Positions 18,561-30,244 of a stretch of DNA of 64,000 nucleotides are shown in pieces. How positions within the stretch are numbered: position 1 is the stretch's first letter; each line of letters opens with the position of its first letter. The DNA is from an uncultured cyanobacterium (GTDB taxonomy: Bacteria > Cyanobacteriota > Cyanobacteriia > Cyanobacteriales > CAWCAG01). The position numbers were made by a program, and so were the translations under genes. The stretch lies in NCBI GenBank assembly GCA_963803805.1, contig CAWDOD010000011.1, positions 576,001 through 640,000 on the forward strand, written 5' to 3'. Under the pieces are notes generated by a model. It was not told the origin of the DNA. It was given only the letters and a program-made list of their open reading frames with translations, and ran no database searches.

Positions 18561-20963
18561 TCATTGTTCCCCTTGAACAGTAAAAGCTGCCCAGTGATAG
18601 GGATCTTGCCATTCACCTTCACTTTGCCACATCTCTAATTGTGCCTCTCTCAAAGCCGCAGCAGGCTTGAGTTGTCCTTGGTACATTTTCTCATAAAACT
18701 TGCTCATCAATTCAGAAGTCGAACGATCATTAACCGCCCAAAAACTGACTACCACACGCTTTGCCCCTGCATACATAAATCCCCTAGTTAAGCTAACCAA
18801 TCCTTCTCCGGCCAACTCTTTGCCTAAACCAGTTTCGCAAGCGCTTAATACAACCAACTCCGCAGGCAAAACTAAATTATAAATGTTGTTGAGGCGCAGT
18901 ATATTATCTTGAGCTTTTCCTTGGGAATTATATGCCGACATTGCCAAACCAGAAAACTGGGGTTTGTCGCTGTTGAGGCAACCGTGGGTAGAAAAGTGAA
19001 CAGTTTGATATTGGGAAAGTTGAGGATTAAGGGCAGTGGCGAGGGAAGCATCGTAACCCAAAGCAGCAAAGCTTTCATTTTCCGGTACAAGGGCGAGGAT
19101 GTTTTCGGCTTCGGTGCGAGTATATTGTAGATTTGGTAGGGAGATACAAGCTTCTTGGGCTGCCCGACTGAGGTCATCTTGATTGATTTGTCCTGTTTGT
19201 AACCCTTCCCTTTCATAAACCGGATCGGCAAGGACAGCCAGCTTTTGGGGGGCGAGGGGACGACCTTTAACTTGTTGGCGCAATGCCTCTAAACTGGAGG
19301 CAGAGGGGAGGGTGATGAGTTCGTGGTTGACAATTAGGGGCTTTTGAGTTGGGGAGTTGGGGAGAGGTAGGGCAGCGAAGGGAATGCTTTGTAAGGTTCC
19401 GTCGCCGACAATTAAAAGGCGTTTGTTGCCTAATTCCTGTGCAGCAGGGGCAAGAAGTATTTTGCTGAGTTGTTGTCCTAATTCTGGCTTGTTTTCGGTT
19501 TCGCTAGCGATGTCGTTGCGGAATTGTTGAGCAAGTTGTTCAATTTCAGCCTGGGGAGGGAGTTCGTAACTGCTAACTTGGTCTTTGCTGATTACCCAAA
19601 GATAACTGCGTTTTTCGCTGAGGTAATATTCCAGGAGGAGAGTGTCATCATCAAGAAGTTGTTGAATTTCTTGGCTTTGCAGGGTGAATTTAGTCGGTTG
19701 ATTAATGGCAGCGTAGGCAGGACTTTGTAAGCGAATGGAGGCTTCGACTTGATCTAGTTTAGTAAGGAGATTGTTAATTTGGTTGTTAAGATTTTCTGCA
19801 TCTTTATTGCTATAGGAACCCCGTAGGAGTTGCCCTTGATTTTGTAGGGCAGCAGTAAGTTGTTGATTGAGTTGTTTTTCTTCTGCCAAAAGTTCTGCAT
19901 CTACCCCTTCTTTAATATCTACACTGGCTTCCTGAAGTTCAGTAAGGAGTTGACGGGCGCGGACTCTTTCGCTGTAATGGAGTGCCTGGGCGTTGTATTG
20001 TTGTGCAGGGTTTTGTTGGTGCAACTCCATCAGTAAGTTGATGTGGAAGTCGTAGTATTTCTCGACGGTTTCGTAAAAGGAGGTTTGCAGTTGGGGGTTA
20101 AGGATTTGGTTGCGGAGGAATTCTATTTTTTCAATGGCTTGCTGCATAGTTTCGGAGGCAGCAATGAGGTTTCCTTGCTTATATTGAAGCAGGGCAATAT
20201 TATTGAGGATAGTTGCTTCTCCTCTGCGATCGCCTACTGCACGATATAAAGGTAAAGCTTGGTCATAGTAATCGAGTGCTTTTTCCTTTTCTCCTAAATC
20301 ATCGTAGACAGCACCAATATTGTTGAGAGTAGTTGCTTCCCCACCGCGATCATCCACTGCACGACGTAAAGGTAAAGCCTGGTTATAGTAATTGAGTGCT
20401 TCTTGCTTTTCTCCCAACGAACTGTAAACAAAACCAATATTGTTAAGAGTATTTGCTTCCCCTCTGCGGTCGCCTACTGCGCGAAATAGAGGTAAAGCTT
20501 GGTTATAGTAATTGAGTGCTTCTTCCTTTTCTTCTAAATCATCGTAGATAGCACCAAGATTGTTGAGAGTATTTGCTTCTCTTCCGCGATTACCTACCGC
20601 ACGATACAAAGGTAAAGCTTGGTTAAAGTATCCAAGGGCTTGCTGTTGTTCTCCTAAATCATCGTAGACACGGCCTATTGCTAGAAATAACAAGGCTTGT
20701 TGAGGCTGATCTCCTACCTGCTGCCAAAGCTTAAGTGCCTCCTCCCATTTAACAATCGCCTCCCTCAAAGACTCTGCTGTCCCCTCCTTGTAAAGCTGCA
20801 ACCCTTCCTGATAAGCTTCCTCAGCCGCAGCGTGAATATCTTCAGCATTTGCATCACTTTCTTGGGCAATCTCTGTTAAAGATGGGTTTGCCACAACAGC
20901 AGTAATGGGAGCAAGAAAAGAAATCAAGAAAGCAAGAGAAATAACAGAGAGATTTTTATTCAT
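18561..20963 (-). CDS. Secreted TPR-repeat protein with C-terminal CHAT (caspase-like) domain
   Basis: Signal peptide, 40-aa TPR repeats (EANTLNNIG...ALPL), CHAT dyad HFSTHG and LSACETG, PYHWAAF. Confidence 0.93.
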   Translation of the reverse strand: MNKNLSVISLAFLISFLAPITAVVANPSLTEIAQESDANAEDIHAAAEEAYQEGLQLYKEGTAESLREAIVKWEEALKLWQQVGDQPQQALLFLAIGRVYDDLGEQQQALGYFNQALPLYRAVGNRGREANTLNNLGAIYDDLEEKEEALNYYNQALPLFRAVGDRRGEANTLNNIGFVYSSLGEKQEALNYYNQALPLRRAVDDRGGEATTLNNIGAVYDDLGEKEKALDYYDQALPLYRAVGDRRGEATILNNIALLQYKQGNLIAASETMQQAIEKIEFLRNQILNPQLQTSFYETVEKYYDFHINLLMELHQQNPAQQYNAQALHYSERVRARQLLTELQEASVDIKEGVDAELLAEEKQLNQQLTAALQNQGQLLRGSYSNKDAENLNNQINNLLTKLDQVEASIRLQSPAYAAINQPTKFTLQSQEIQQLLDDDTLLLEYYLSEKRSYLWVISKDQVSSYELPPQAEIEQLAQQFRNDIASETENKPELGQQLSKILLAPAAQELGNKRLLIVGDGTLQSIPFAALPLPNSPTQKPLIVNHELITLPSASSLEALRQQVKGRPLAPQKLAVLADPVYEREGLQTGQINQDDLSRAAQEACISLPNLQYTRTEAENILALVPENESFAALGYDASLATALNPQLSQYQTVHFSTHGCLNSDKPQFSGLAMSAYNSQGKAQDNILRLNNIYNLVLPAELVVLSACETGLGKELAGEGLVSLTRGFMYAGAKRVVVSFWAVNDRSTSELMSKFYEKMYQGQLKPAAALREAQLEMWQSEGEWQDPYHWAAFTVQGEQ

Positions 20964-21241
20964 AGGTAATAAGAAGCAGTAGATTAATTCACTGGCAGAT
21001 CATTCAATTTACTTGCCAACTAACATAAAGAATAGTTCGTTTCAAAAACCTTAACTTATACCAAATAAGGGAGTGGTAGTAAAATGCCGAAGAAAGTCAA
21101 GTTGGTCAATCATATCAGATCCGGTTCATACCATAGGTTATTGGTAAGGGTAGGGAGCAGGAAGCAGGGAGTAGGCAGCAAGGTTCCGTTATAGAAATTC
21201 TTCAGACCCAACAGATAAGAAAAATTAGGAGTCTGCTAAAC

Positions 21242-21274
21242 AAAAATCCCCCGCTTGGTAGCGAGGGATTTTTT
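21242..21274 (-). terminator. Intrinsic terminator downstream of psaB
   Basis: AAAAATCCCCCGCT-TGGT-AGCGAGGGATTTTTT hairpin with A/T tails on both sides. Confidence 0.8.
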
Positions 21275-21301
21275 AATTACTAAGGCTAGGTTTAATAACC
21301 G

Positions 21302-23527
21302 TTAACCAAACTTACCTGCTGTTGAAGCAATTAAGAAGGCTGCGTAAGTCAGGACATAACCCACAGTGAAGTGGATTAAACCAATTAAGCGACCTTGAAC
21401 AATAGACATAGCCACAGGCTTGTCCTTCCAGCGAACTAAGTTAGCTAGAGGAGTACGCTCGTGGGCCCAGACTAAAGTCTCGATTAACTCTTGCCAATAA
21501 CCACGCCAAGAGATGAGGAACATGAAACCTGTTGCCCAAACTAGGTGTCCAAAGAGGAACATCCAAGCCCAAACAGACAAGTTGTTCATGCCATAGGGGT
21601 TGTAACCGTTGATTAACTGGGCAGAATTGAGCCAGAGATAATCTCGGAACCAACCCATCAAATAGGTGGAAGACTCATTAAATTGAGCCACATTACCTTG
21701 CCACACCCCTAAGTGTTTCCAGTGCCAGTAGAAGGTTAACCAGCCCAAGGTGTTTAACATCCAGAACATGGCTAAGTAAAACGAATCCCAAGCTGAGATA
21801 TCGCAAGTACCACCACGACCAGGACCGTCACAAGGGAAGGCAAAACCGAAGTCTTTCTTGTCTGGCATTAATTTAGAACCACGAGCATCTAAAGCTCCTT
21901 TAACCAAGATTAAAGTTGTGGTGTGTAGACCAAGGGCGATGGCATGGTGAACTAAGAAGTCCCCAGGGCCAATGGTCAAGAATAAAGAGTTAGTACCGCT
22001 ATTAATTGCATCTAACCAACCAGGCAACCATACGTTACCGTAGTTAGGCCAAGCCGTAGTCGCAATACTATCAGGACTAGAAAGCAATACGTCCATGCCG
22101 TAGAGCATCTTACCGTGGGATGCTTGGATGAACTGAGCAAATACAGGCTCAATGAGAATTTGCTTTTCAGGAGTACCGAAGGCAACTACAACATCGTTGT
22201 GTACATACAAACCTAAGGTATGGAAACCTAAGAACAAAGACACCCAAGAAAGGTGAGAAATGATTGCTTCCTTGTGTTGCAATACGCGGTCAAGCACATT
22301 ACCTTTGTTTTGCTCCGGATCATAATCCCGTACTAGGAAAATTGCTCCGTGGGCAAAGGCCCCCACCATAATGAAACCAGCGATGTACTGGTGATGGGTG
22401 TAAAGAGCTGCTTGAGTGGTATAGTCCCTAGCGATAAAGGCATAGGGAGGTAGGGCATACATATGTTGTGCCACCAAGGAAGTAATAACCCCTAAAGCTG
22501 CCAGGGCAAAAGCCAACTGGAAGTGCAAAGAGTTATTCATGGTGTCGTATAACCCTTGATGGGGCAGGTTAAACTGACCTTCTGTTTCTTTGCCAAAGAA
22601 CTTTTTGGCATTGACCATCTCTTTGATGCTGTGGCCTAAGCCCCAGTTTGTGCGGTACATATGACCAGCCACAATGAAGATAACAGCGATCGCCAAATGG
22701 TGATGGGCAATATCTGTTAACCAAAGAGATTCGGTTTGTGGGTGAAAACCACCCAAGAAGGTTAAAATTGCTGTTCCTGCACCCTGGGAAGTTCCAAATA
22801 CGTGGCTAGCTGTATCGGGATTTTGGGCATAAGCTCCCCAGTTACCTGTGAAGAAGGGCCCTAATCCTGCGGGGTGGGGTTTGACGGAGAGGAAGTTATC
22901 CCAACCGACATGAACACCACGAGATTCAGGAATAGCGACGTGAACTAAGTGTCCTGTCCAAGCTAAGGAGCTAACACCAAACAAACCAGCTAGGTGGTGA
23001 TTGAGACGGTGTTCTGCACTCTTGAACCAGGTCAAACTAGGACGGAACTTGGGCTGCAAGTGTAGCCAGCCAGCAAACAGCATTACTGCTGATAGCAATA
23101 ACAAAAATACTGACCCCATGAACAGGTCATTATTGTTGGTCATACCAATGGTATAGAACCAGTGATAAACCCCTGAGTAGGAGATATCAACTGGGTAAGA
23201 AGCTCCACCTTGGGTGAAAGCATCTACCGCTGGTGCGCCAAATTGAGGGTCCCAAATCGCATGGGCGATGGGACGGACGTTGAGAGGATCTTTGATCCAC
23301 TGCTCGAAATTACCTTGCCAGGCTACGTGGAACAGGGTGCCGGAAGTCCACAAAAAGATGATGGCGATGTGACCAAAATGAGAGGCAAAAATCTTTTGGT
23401 AAAGATTTTCCTCGGTCATACCATCATGACTTTCAAAGTCGTGGGCTGTGGCAATTCCGTACCAAATCCGACGAGTAGTCGGATCTTGAGCTAAATCCTG
23501 GCTAAATTTGGGAAATTTAGTTGCCAT
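21302..23527 (-). CDS. psaB: Photosystem I P700 apoprotein A2
   Basis: [22 protein letters not shown] motif [13 protein letters not shown]. Confidence 0.99.
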   Translation of the reverse strand: MATKFPKFSQDLAQDPTTRRIWYGIATAHDFESHDGMTEENLYQKIFASHFGHIAIIFLWTSGTLFHVAWQGNFEQWIKDPLNVRPIAHAIWDPQFGAPAVDAFTQGGASYPVDISYSGVYHWFYTIGMTNNNDLFMGSVFLLLLSAVMLFAGWLHLQPKFRPSLTWFKSAEHRLNHHLAGLFGVSSLAWTGHLVHVAIPESRGVHVGWDNFLSVKPHPAGLGPFFTGNWGAYAQNPDTASHVFGTSQGAGTAILTFLGGFHPQTESLWLTDIAHHHLAIAVIFIVAGHMYRTNWGLGHSIKEMVNAKKFFGKETEGQFNLPHQGLYDTMNNSLHFQLAFALAALGVITSLVAQHMYALPPYAFIARDYTTQAALYTHHQYIAGFIMVGAFAHGAIFLVRDYDPEQNKGNVLDRVLQHKEAIISHLSWVSLFLGFHTLGLYVHNDVVVAFGTPEKQILIEPVFAQFIQASHGKMLYGMDVLLSSPDSIATTAWPNYGNVWLPGWLDAINSGTNSLFLTIGPGDFLVHHAIALGLHTTTLILVKGALDARGSKLMPDKKDFGFAFPCDGPGRGGTCDISAWDSFYLAMFWMLNTLGWLTFYWHWKHLGVWQGNVAQFNESSTYLMGWFRDYLWLNSAQLINGYNPYGMNNLSVWAWMFLFGHLVWATGFMFLISWRGYWQELIETLVWAHERTPLANLVRWKDKPVAMSIVQGRLIGLIHFTVGYVLTYAAFLIASTAGKFG

Positions 23528-23707
23528 AAGTCTTTTAGGGAATTCTCCTCGCTTAAAAATGAGGTTAGTAGCTTTTATGGCTGCTCATTTTTTGCTTTAG
23601 ATTACCTCCTGGAACTGTTGAAGTTCCAGGGGGCAAAAATGTTTAAAAAATCGGCTTTTAACTTAAGTTTATTTCAACTTTAGCTCGACCGTTTTCAAAG
23701 GAAACAT

Positions 23708-25960
23708 TTATCCTACTGCGAGCATTCGCGCTAGGAAAAATGCCCAGGTTGTTACGATTCCTCCTAAGAGGTAATGAGCTACTCCGACAGCACGGCCTTG
23801 AATAATACTTAAGGCACGGGGCTGAATAGCAGGAGCGACTCTTAGTTTGTTATGAGCCCAAACAATAGACTCAATTAGCTCTTGCCAGTAGCCACGACCA
23901 CTGAAGAGGAACATAAGGCTAAAGGCGAATATAAAGTGACCTGCTAAGAACATGATGCCATAAGCAGATAGAGCTGAACCGTAAGAGGTGATTACTTGAG
24001 AAGCTTGCGCCCATAGGAAGTCGCGTAACCAACCATTGATGGTGATTGCACTTTGGGCAAAGTTACCGTTAGTAATGTGGGATACCGTACCGCCGTCAAC
24101 TGTTCCCCAGACATCTGATTGCATTTTCCAACTAAAGTGGAAAATTACGATCGATAGGGAGTTGTACATCCAGAATAGACCAAGGAATACATGGTCCCAA
24201 CCAGATACTTGGCAAGTACCACCACGACCCGGACCATCACAAGGGAAGCGGAAACCGAGGTTGCTCTTATCAGGAATTAAACGAGAATTACGGGAATACA
24301 GCAAGCCCTTTAAAAGAATCAGTACGGTGACGTGAATTGTAAAGGCATGGATATGATGAACCATGAAGTCTGCTGTACCCAGAGTGATAGGCATCATTGC
24401 TACTTTACCGCCGACAGCAACGATGTCTCCTCCAAATGCGTAACTAGCTGGTTCCAAAGCACCAGGGGCAGTTCCACCAGGAGCTAAGGTATGGATATGT
24501 TGTATCCACTGAGCGAAGACGGGTTGTAATTGGATTCCTGTATCCGAGAACATATCTTGGGGGCGACCAAAAGCACGCATGGTGTCGTTGTGGACATAAA
24601 GTCCAAAACTGTGGAAGCCCAGGAATATACATACCCAGTTTAAGTGGGAAATAATTGCATCGCGGTGACGAATTACCCGGTCTAGCAAATTATTGACGTT
24701 CTTGGCTGGATCGTAATCGCGCACCATGAAGATGGCTCCATGAGCGCCAGCACCAACAATTAAGAAGCCACCAATCCACATATGGTGGGTAAACAACGAT
24801 ATTTGAGTACCGTAGTCAGTTGCCATATAAGGATAGGGAGGCATCGCGTACATATGCTGTGCCACGATGATGGTTAAAGAACCTAGCATTGCTAAGTTAA
24901 TAGCTAGCTGGGCGTGCCAAGAAGTGGTCAGAATTTCATAAAGACCTTTGTGTCCTTCACCAGTTAGAGGGCCTCTATGGCTCTCTAAGATTTCTTTCAT
25001 GCTATGGCCAATGCCCCAGTTAGTCCGGTACATATGACCCGCAATGATGAACAATACAGCGATCGCTACGTGATGGTGTGCTGTATCGGACAACCACAAG
25101 CCTCCAGTTACTGGATTTAAGCCCCCCTTGAAGGTTAAAAAGTCGGCGTAAGTTCCCCAGTTTAAGGTGAAGAAGGGTTTTAGTCCTTCTGCAAAACTAG
25201 GATACAACTCGACCATTAAGTCTTTGTTGAGGATAAATTCATGAGGCAAGGGAATATCTGCTGGCGCAACCCCTGCATCTAGAAGTTTATTGATGGGCAG
25301 AGAAACATGAATTTGGTGTCCTGCCCAACCAAGGGAACCTAGACCTAATAACCCGGCTAGGTGGTGGTTCATCATCGACTCCACGTTCTGGAACCATTCC
25401 AGTTTAGGAGCCTTTTTATGATAGTGGAACCATCCGGCGAAGAGCATCAAACCAGCCATTACTAGTCCACCGATGGCGGTGCAGTAAAGTTGGAATTCAT
25501 TGGTGATGCCAGAAGCTCGCCAGAGGTAAAATAACCCAGAAGTTATCTGGATACCGCTGAAGCCGCCACCCACATCAGCGTTCAGGATGCCTTGGCCGAC
25601 GATGGGCCAGACTACTTGAGCGCTTGGTTTAATTACGGTGGGGTCTGTTAACCAAGCTTCATAGTTGGAAAAGCGAGCGCCATGGAAATACATCCCACTT
25701 AGCCAGACAAAAATCACGGCTAAGTGACCGAAGTGGGCGCTGAAGATTTTCCGAGAAATATCTTCTAAATCACTTGTTTGTGTATCAAAATCGTGGACGT
25801 TAGCGTGAAGGTTCCAAATCCATGTAGTGGTTTGGGGACCTTTAGCCAAGGTACGGTCGAAGTGTCCTGGTTTACCCCACTTCTCAAAAGAAGTAGGAAC
25901 TGGATCTTTGTCAACCGTGACCCTGACTTTCGCCTCTTTTTCTGGAGGACTGATTGTCAT
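23708..25960 (-). CDS. psaA: Photosystem I P700 apoprotein A1
   Basis: [24 protein letters not shown]. Confidence 0.99.
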   Translation of the reverse strand: MTISPPEKEAKVRVTVDKDPVPTSFEKWGKPGHFDRTLAKGPQTTTWIWNLHANVHDFDTQTSDLEDISRKIFSAHFGHLAVIFVWLSGMYFHGARFSNYEAWLTDPTVIKPSAQVVWPIVGQGILNADVGGGFSGIQITSGLFYLWRASGITNEFQLYCTAIGGLVMAGLMLFAGWFHYHKKAPKLEWFQNVESMMNHHLAGLLGLGSLGWAGHQIHVSLPINKLLDAGVAPADIPLPHEFILNKDLMVELYPSFAEGLKPFFTLNWGTYADFLTFKGGLNPVTGGLWLSDTAHHHVAIAVLFIIAGHMYRTNWGIGHSMKEILESHRGPLTGEGHKGLYEILTTSWHAQLAINLAMLGSLTIIVAQHMYAMPPYPYMATDYGTQISLFTHHMWIGGFLIVGAGAHGAIFMVRDYDPAKNVNNLLDRVIRHRDAIISHLNWVCIFLGFHSFGLYVHNDTMRAFGRPQDMFSDTGIQLQPVFAQWIQHIHTLAPGGTAPGALEPASYAFGGDIVAVGGKVAMMPITLGTADFMVHHIHAFTIHVTVLILLKGLLYSRNSRLIPDKSNLGFRFPCDGPGRGGTCQVSGWDHVFLGLFWMYNSLSIVIFHFSWKMQSDVWGTVDGGTVSHITNGNFAQSAITINGWLRDFLWAQASQVITSYGSALSAYGIMFLAGHFIFAFSLMFLFSGRGYWQELIESIVWAHNKLRVAPAIQPRALSIIQGRAVGVAHYLLGGIVTTWAFFLARMLAVG

Positions 25961-26379
25961 GAGGGCTCTCCTCTCTAGACAAGGGAATAGGTTTTCCCGA
26001 TAGGGCGTTTTGTATGTTGTGCCAGAAAAGATTAGTTTAAAAAACTGCTTTTCTAGCGTTGATAGGATATCCGCTTAAAAATGAATAAAGGGAACACCTT
26101 ACCTTGTAGATGATAAAACCTACTTACCCTTGTTTTCGTAAGGATTAACAATATTTAAAATTAGCTCAATCTTTTATTTAATCGCGATTATAGCCTCCAT
26201 TGCTCTAGCGAGAAGTCAAGGGGTAAGGCCTTTATCGTTACAAAACACAACATTTTCTCAAAACCACCCTGAAGTTAATAGAGTCATTTTGCTTAACCAA
26301 AATGTTTTGTCTCAAGATGAGGGAAGATTGACTAAAGATATAGAGTTTCTCTCAAATGTAGACTATAGCTAAGGAGGGT

Positions 26380-27801
26380 ATGGGCGTGTTGGGTTTTAAT
26401 CGCCAATTAAAAAAGCAAAGGGAGCAGAAGTTGAGAGTTTTTTTACTCAATTTGCATCAAGTAATCCGATTTGGTACGAAAGCAGTTTTTTCTTCTTTGA
26501 TGGTGTTGATGTTGAGTTTCGGTTTAAGCAGTTGTAATGACTCTCTGGGAAATAAGTTAGCTTCAGGTACAGAAACTGCCACTGGTTCCCAAACTTCTCA
26601 AACCCGCTTAACAAGACAATTAACCGAGGTTGCACCGCCTCCGGTTATTCAACAGTTACGTCAAAGTTTGGAACAATATAAACCTCAAGTTACGATTGTT
26701 AGCCCTAAAACTGATGAGGTGCTTGAAGATACAAAGGTTAGTGTTGAACTCCAAGTTCAAGATTTACCAACTTTCAAAAATTCTGATTTAGATATGGGGC
26801 CACATCTCCACCTGATCCTTGACAACAAACCCTATCAAGCTATTTATAATCCAGAAGAACCGGTAATACTAGAAAATCTAGAACCAGGAACCCATACTTT
26901 AAGGGTATTTGCCTCCCGCCCCTGGCATGAAAGCTTTAAAAATGAGGGAGCTTATGCCCAGGCAACTTTTCATATCTTTACAAAGACTACCCGCAATCAT
27001 CCTGACTCTACTTTACCCCTGTTGACTTACAGCCGTCCTAAAGGGCAGTATGGGGCAGAGCCAATTATGCTCGATTTTTATCTTACTAATGCTCCTTTAC
27101 ATTTAGTTGCTCAAGAGAGTATTGAAGATAATATTGTAGATTGGCGAGTTCGAGTGACCATCAATGGGCAAAGTTTCTTTGTTGATAGTTGGTTGCCAAT
27201 TTATTTACAAGGATTCAAGAAAGGCAACAATTGGGTAGAGTTAGAATTTCTCGACGAGCAAGGTAATCTTATTGATAATGAATTCAATACGACAGTTCGT
27301 TTGATTAATTACCAACCCAAGGGACAAGATACTCTTTCTAAGTTGGTGAGGGGAGAGATTTCCTTTACAGAAGCTCGCGGTATTGTTGAAAAAGAAGTTC
27401 CTGTTACTGAAGCTGAACCTTTAGTTGAAGAAGAAGTAACAGAGGAAATTAAAGAAACCCCAGCAGAAATTGAGGCTCCTGTTGAAGAAGAAATAATAGA
27501 AGAGATTCCTGTTGAGGAGGAAACCACGACTCAAGAAGTTGAAGAAGTTCCTATACAACAAGAAGCCACAACTCAGAAACTTGAAGAAGTTCCTGCACAA
27601 CAAGAAACTACAACTCAGAAACTTGAAGAAGTTCCTGCACAACAAGAAACCACAACTCAGAAAGTTGAAGAGGAAGTTAGTCTAGAAGAGTCAGAAGAAG
27701 CAGTTGAGGAAGTTGAAGAAGTTGTTCCAGACTATTTTGAAGAACTTGATTTAGAACCGGAAAAGATTGAGCTAGAACAAAGTTTGGCTGAACCTTCTTG
27801 A
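26380..27801 (+). CDS. Conserved cyanobacterial lipoprotein-like protein with acidic repetitive tail (start may be downstream)
   Basis: LSSC lipobox-like motif, GPHLHLILDN, FASRPWHESFKN, YSRPKG; Glu-rich C-terminus. Confidence 0.7.
   Translation: MGVLGFNRQLKKQREQKLRVFLLNLHQVIRFGTKAVFSSLMVLMLSFGLSSCNDSLGNKLASGTETATGSQTSQTRLTRQLTEVAPPPVIQQLRQSLEQYKPQVTIVSPKTDEVLEDTKVSVELQVQDLPTFKNSDLDMGPHLHLILDNKPYQAIYNPEEPVILENLEPGTHTLRVFASRPWHESFKNEGAYAQATFHIFTKTTRNHPDSTLPLLTYSRPKGQYGAEPIMLDFYLTNAPLHLVAQESIEDNIVDWRVRVTINGQSFFVDSWLPIYLQGFKKGNNWVELEFLDEQGNLIDNEFNTTVRLINYQPKGQDTLSKLVRGEISFTEARGIVEKEVPVTEAEPLVEEEVTEEIKETPAEIEAPVEEEIIEEIPVEEETTTQEVEEVPIQQEATTQKLEEVPAQQETTTQKLEEVPAQQETTTQKVEEEVSLEESEEAVEEVEEVVPDYFEELDLEPEKIELEQSLAEPS
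27500..27672 (+). repeat. 42-bp coding tandem repeat (TQKLEEVPAQQETT), about four copies
   Basis: actcagaaacttgaagaagttcctgcacaacaagaaac recurs at 27571 and 27613 with degenerate flanking copies. Confidence 0.85.
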
Positions 27802-27828
27802 GTTAAACTAATTCTTCCTTTATTTGAG

Positions 27829-27859
27829 AGCGGCGGATTTAATTATTTGCCGCTTTTTT
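27829..27859 (+). terminator. Intrinsic terminator between convergent genes
   Basis: AGCGGCGGAT...ATTTGCCGCT hairpin followed by a T run. Confidence 0.7.
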
Positions 27860-27864
27860 GTTCT

Positions 27865-27975
27865 TTAACCTAAGAAGCCTGCCAGAATTAAAGGTAAACC
27901 AATTATTAAAGAAACAATTACAAACATTGTTACAGGATCAATTTTGATGATATAAGGGTCTTTTTTATTTGTCAT
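27865..27975 (-). CDS. 36-aa single-pass membrane microprotein
   Basis: Below ORF-track cutoff. Manual translation MTNKKDPYIIKIDPVTMFVIVSLIIGLPLILAGFLG*; co-directional with the upstream SDR gene and ends just before the terminator hairpin. Confidence 0.65.
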   Translation of the reverse strand: MTNKKDPYIIKIDPVTMFVIVSLIIGLPLILAGFLG

Positions 27976-28057
27976 TTTCGTAGTTTTATTTTAGATAAAG
28001 TACCAAGTTTTGACTATTAAGAAAGAGAAGGTAGGCAATAGTGTTAGTTATTTTTCT

Positions 28058-28933
28058 TCAAGTTCCTAAATAACGCTGCAAGAAACTCTCTAAAGATTCC
28101 ATTTCCACACCATAAATTAATTGCAAACGACTAATTTCTTCAGGAGTACAGTAAAACTCATTAGCTAAAAGAGTTCGGAAAGTTCCTAATGATTTTTGTA
28201 ACTTAGGATTAATTAAGCCTAAACTGCTTCGCAACCCATCTACTAACATTAAAGGGATATTAATTATTAGTGGTTCTTGCTGAAAAACACGGGCGAAGAT
28301 GCGAGGAATATCTTCTCGTTTGAGAACATCAGGTCCCCCAACGGTAAAAGTTTGATTTTTTGCCCCTTCTAAAGTAACAGATTTAATCGCAATTTCCGCT
28401 AAGTCATCAGTACTAACAATAGAAGAACGGTTTTGGGTATTACCTATTAATAAATAAATGCCTGTGTCCCGAAATTGTTCTGCTAAACGAAGTATGTTAG
28501 AAGCAAGTCCAGAAGGGCGGAGGATAGTATAGTTTAAACCGCTAGTTCTGAGGTGTTTTTCTACTTCACGTTTGGCTTTAAAAGTTGGTGCATCTTCATA
28601 GTTTCTATCTGCACCTAAAACAGAAATTAAAACAAAATGTTCGATATTGCTTTCTTTGGCACGATCAATTAATTCAATATTGGCGCGGTAATCTAAGGCA
28701 AAGGCATCACCGTCTGAACCATGGGCGCTAATTACATATTTTATTCCCTCCATAGCTTTTTTGATATCTTTGTCGTAGCGCAAGTCTCCTATAAAAGTTT
28801 CTGCACCGCGATTTTCTAATTCTTGATAGCGAGAACTTAAGCGAACAAAAGCCCGCACTAGTTGTCCCTGTTCCCTCAACAACCTGACAACTCTCCTACC
28901 AATATCTCCCGTTGCTCCTGTTACTAAATACAT
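28058..28933 (-). CDS. Atypical SDR / NAD(P)H-binding (NmrA-like) oxidoreductase
   Basis: VTGATGDIG Rossmann motif; YTILRPS. Confidence 0.88.
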   Translation of the reverse strand: MYLVTGATGDIGRRVVRLLREQGQLVRAFVRLSSRYQELENRGAETFIGDLRYDKDIKKAMEGIKYVISAHGSDGDAFALDYRANIELIDRAKESNIEHFVLISVLGADRNYEDAPTFKAKREVEKHLRTSGLNYTILRPSGLASNILRLAEQFRDTGIYLLIGNTQNRSSIVSTDDLAEIAIKSVTLEGAKNQTFTVGGPDVLKREDIPRIFARVFQQEPLIINIPLMLVDGLRSSLGLINPKLQKSLGTFRTLLANEFYCTPEEISRLQLIYGVEMESLESFLQRYLGT

Positions 28934-29044
28934 GATTTCTACTCCTAAATAATTTGTATATATTCAGATCCTAGCTTGAAATTTAGTTGTCTGGCATTTG
29001 TCGTGAGTAAGAAAAAGTTAACTAATAAAGTATTGTATTTTTTC

Positions 29045-29147
29045 CCTTGAGGTGATATTATGTATATGGTGGAAAAGGTGCGCTCCTGAAAAACCTTTTC
29101 TATAACTATTCTTACTCTTCAATGATTCTTAGCCAAGAAAATCACGG
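29045..29147 (+). repeat. Copy 1 of an inverted repeat pair; 33-bp core at 29050-29082 with an extended -10-like motif
   Basis: AGGTGATATTATGTATATGGTGGAAAAGGTGCG is the exact reverse complement of 32659-32691; TATTCTTACTCTT is also shared. Confidence 0.85.
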
Positions 29148-29270
29148 CAATATTTTGGCAAAGTTTTTAATAAGCTAATTTGCATTTAAACTACATTAAG
29201 CTGTCAGGTATTTATATTACTTGCTAGAGCAAGGGAACTAGCAACAGGAACGAGCTACCGCACTTATTAC

Positions 29271-30077
29271 TTATTGCTTCCCCCTGTCAATCTCAACAAT
29301 AACTGGAGTATGATCACTCGGTTTGGTTAGCTTTCTTGGTTCTATATCAATAGTACAACTAATAGCTTGCTTATATAGCTTAGGAGTAAGATAAAGGTGA
29401 TCAATACGCCAACCTCTATTACCTGAAAAAGCACGGGTGCGATAGTCCCACCAACTATAATGTCCTGTTTCTGAAGTGAATTTACGGAAAGAATCTTTTA
29501 AGTTTATTAAGGTTAAAACTTCCTGCAAAGCTTCTCTTTCAGCAGGAGAAGACATGATATGTTTATCTTTGTTTTTAGGATTATGAATATCTTTATCTTC
29601 TAAGGCAACATTAAAATCTCCACAAACGCATAATTCTTCATTATTTTGCTCTTTGAGAGCTTGCAAATAGAGTTGTAAGGTTTTCAACCAACGCAGTTTA
29701 TAATCATATTTATCACTGGCGATCGCAGAACCATTGGGAACGTAGAGATTGATAATCCTGATATTGTCAATTGTCCCAGTAATTACTCGCTTTTGTTCAT
29801 CAAATTCTCCTGCTGCTTTTTCACCAATAATAGGTGCGAATCCAGCAATCACATTTATTAAAGGGGCTTTACTAAAAATAGCTACTCCGTTATAGGCTTT
29901 TTGTCCTGAAATATAAAGTCGGTAACCTAAGTCCAAAAAGCTTTCTTGAGGAAAATCTTGATCTACTACCTTGGTTTCTTGCAAACAGAGAACATCTATA
30001 GAATTATCTTTTAACCAATTAGTTACTAATTCTTTACGGCTGCGAATTGAATTAACGTTCCAAGTTGCTATTTTCAT
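29271..30077 (-). CDS. xth: Exodeoxyribonuclease III
   Basis: MKIATWNVNS, LQETK, GDFNVA, SWWDYR, RIDH, SDHTP. Confidence 0.96.
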   Translation of the reverse strand: MKIATWNVNSIRSRKELVTNWLKDNSIDVLCLQETKVVDQDFPQESFLDLGYRLYISGQKAYNGVAIFSKAPLINVIAGFAPIIGEKAAGEFDEQKRVITGTIDNIRIINLYVPNGSAIASDKYDYKLRWLKTLQLYLQALKEQNNEELCVCGDFNVALEDKDIHNPKNKDKHIMSSPAEREALQEVLTLINLKDSFRKFTSETGHYSWWDYRTRAFSGNRGWRIDHLYLTPKLYKQAISCTIDIEPRKLTKPSDHTPVIVEIDRGKQ

Positions 30078-30244
30078 AAAGATTATTTTTCTTGCTTCAA
30101 GAAAGTATATACAGTTAAGTCGTGTTGCTGACTAAAAAAAAGCTAGAATAGAGTCAGGGATTGAACCACTCTATGACCATAAGCCTTACCCTCTACAGCG
30201 ACTGCTAATTTCAGACCAATTTAATTTTAAAAAGCATAACTAAT

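Noticed and set aside
21302-25960. Far-red-light (FaRLiP) photosystem I paralogs
   Set aside because: Sequences look like standard PsaA/PsaB and no rfpABC or far-red apc/psb cluster is adjacent.
21441-25978. Several 60-100 aa ORFs within psaA/psaB
   Set aside because: Shadow frames of highly conserved genes with no recognisable motifs.
29050-29077. Calling the inverted-repeat core the chromosomal dif site
   Set aside because: Only the TGTATA spacer and about half of the arm positions match the enterobacterial consensus, arm symmetry is weak and there are two copies; kept only as a minor hypothesis.
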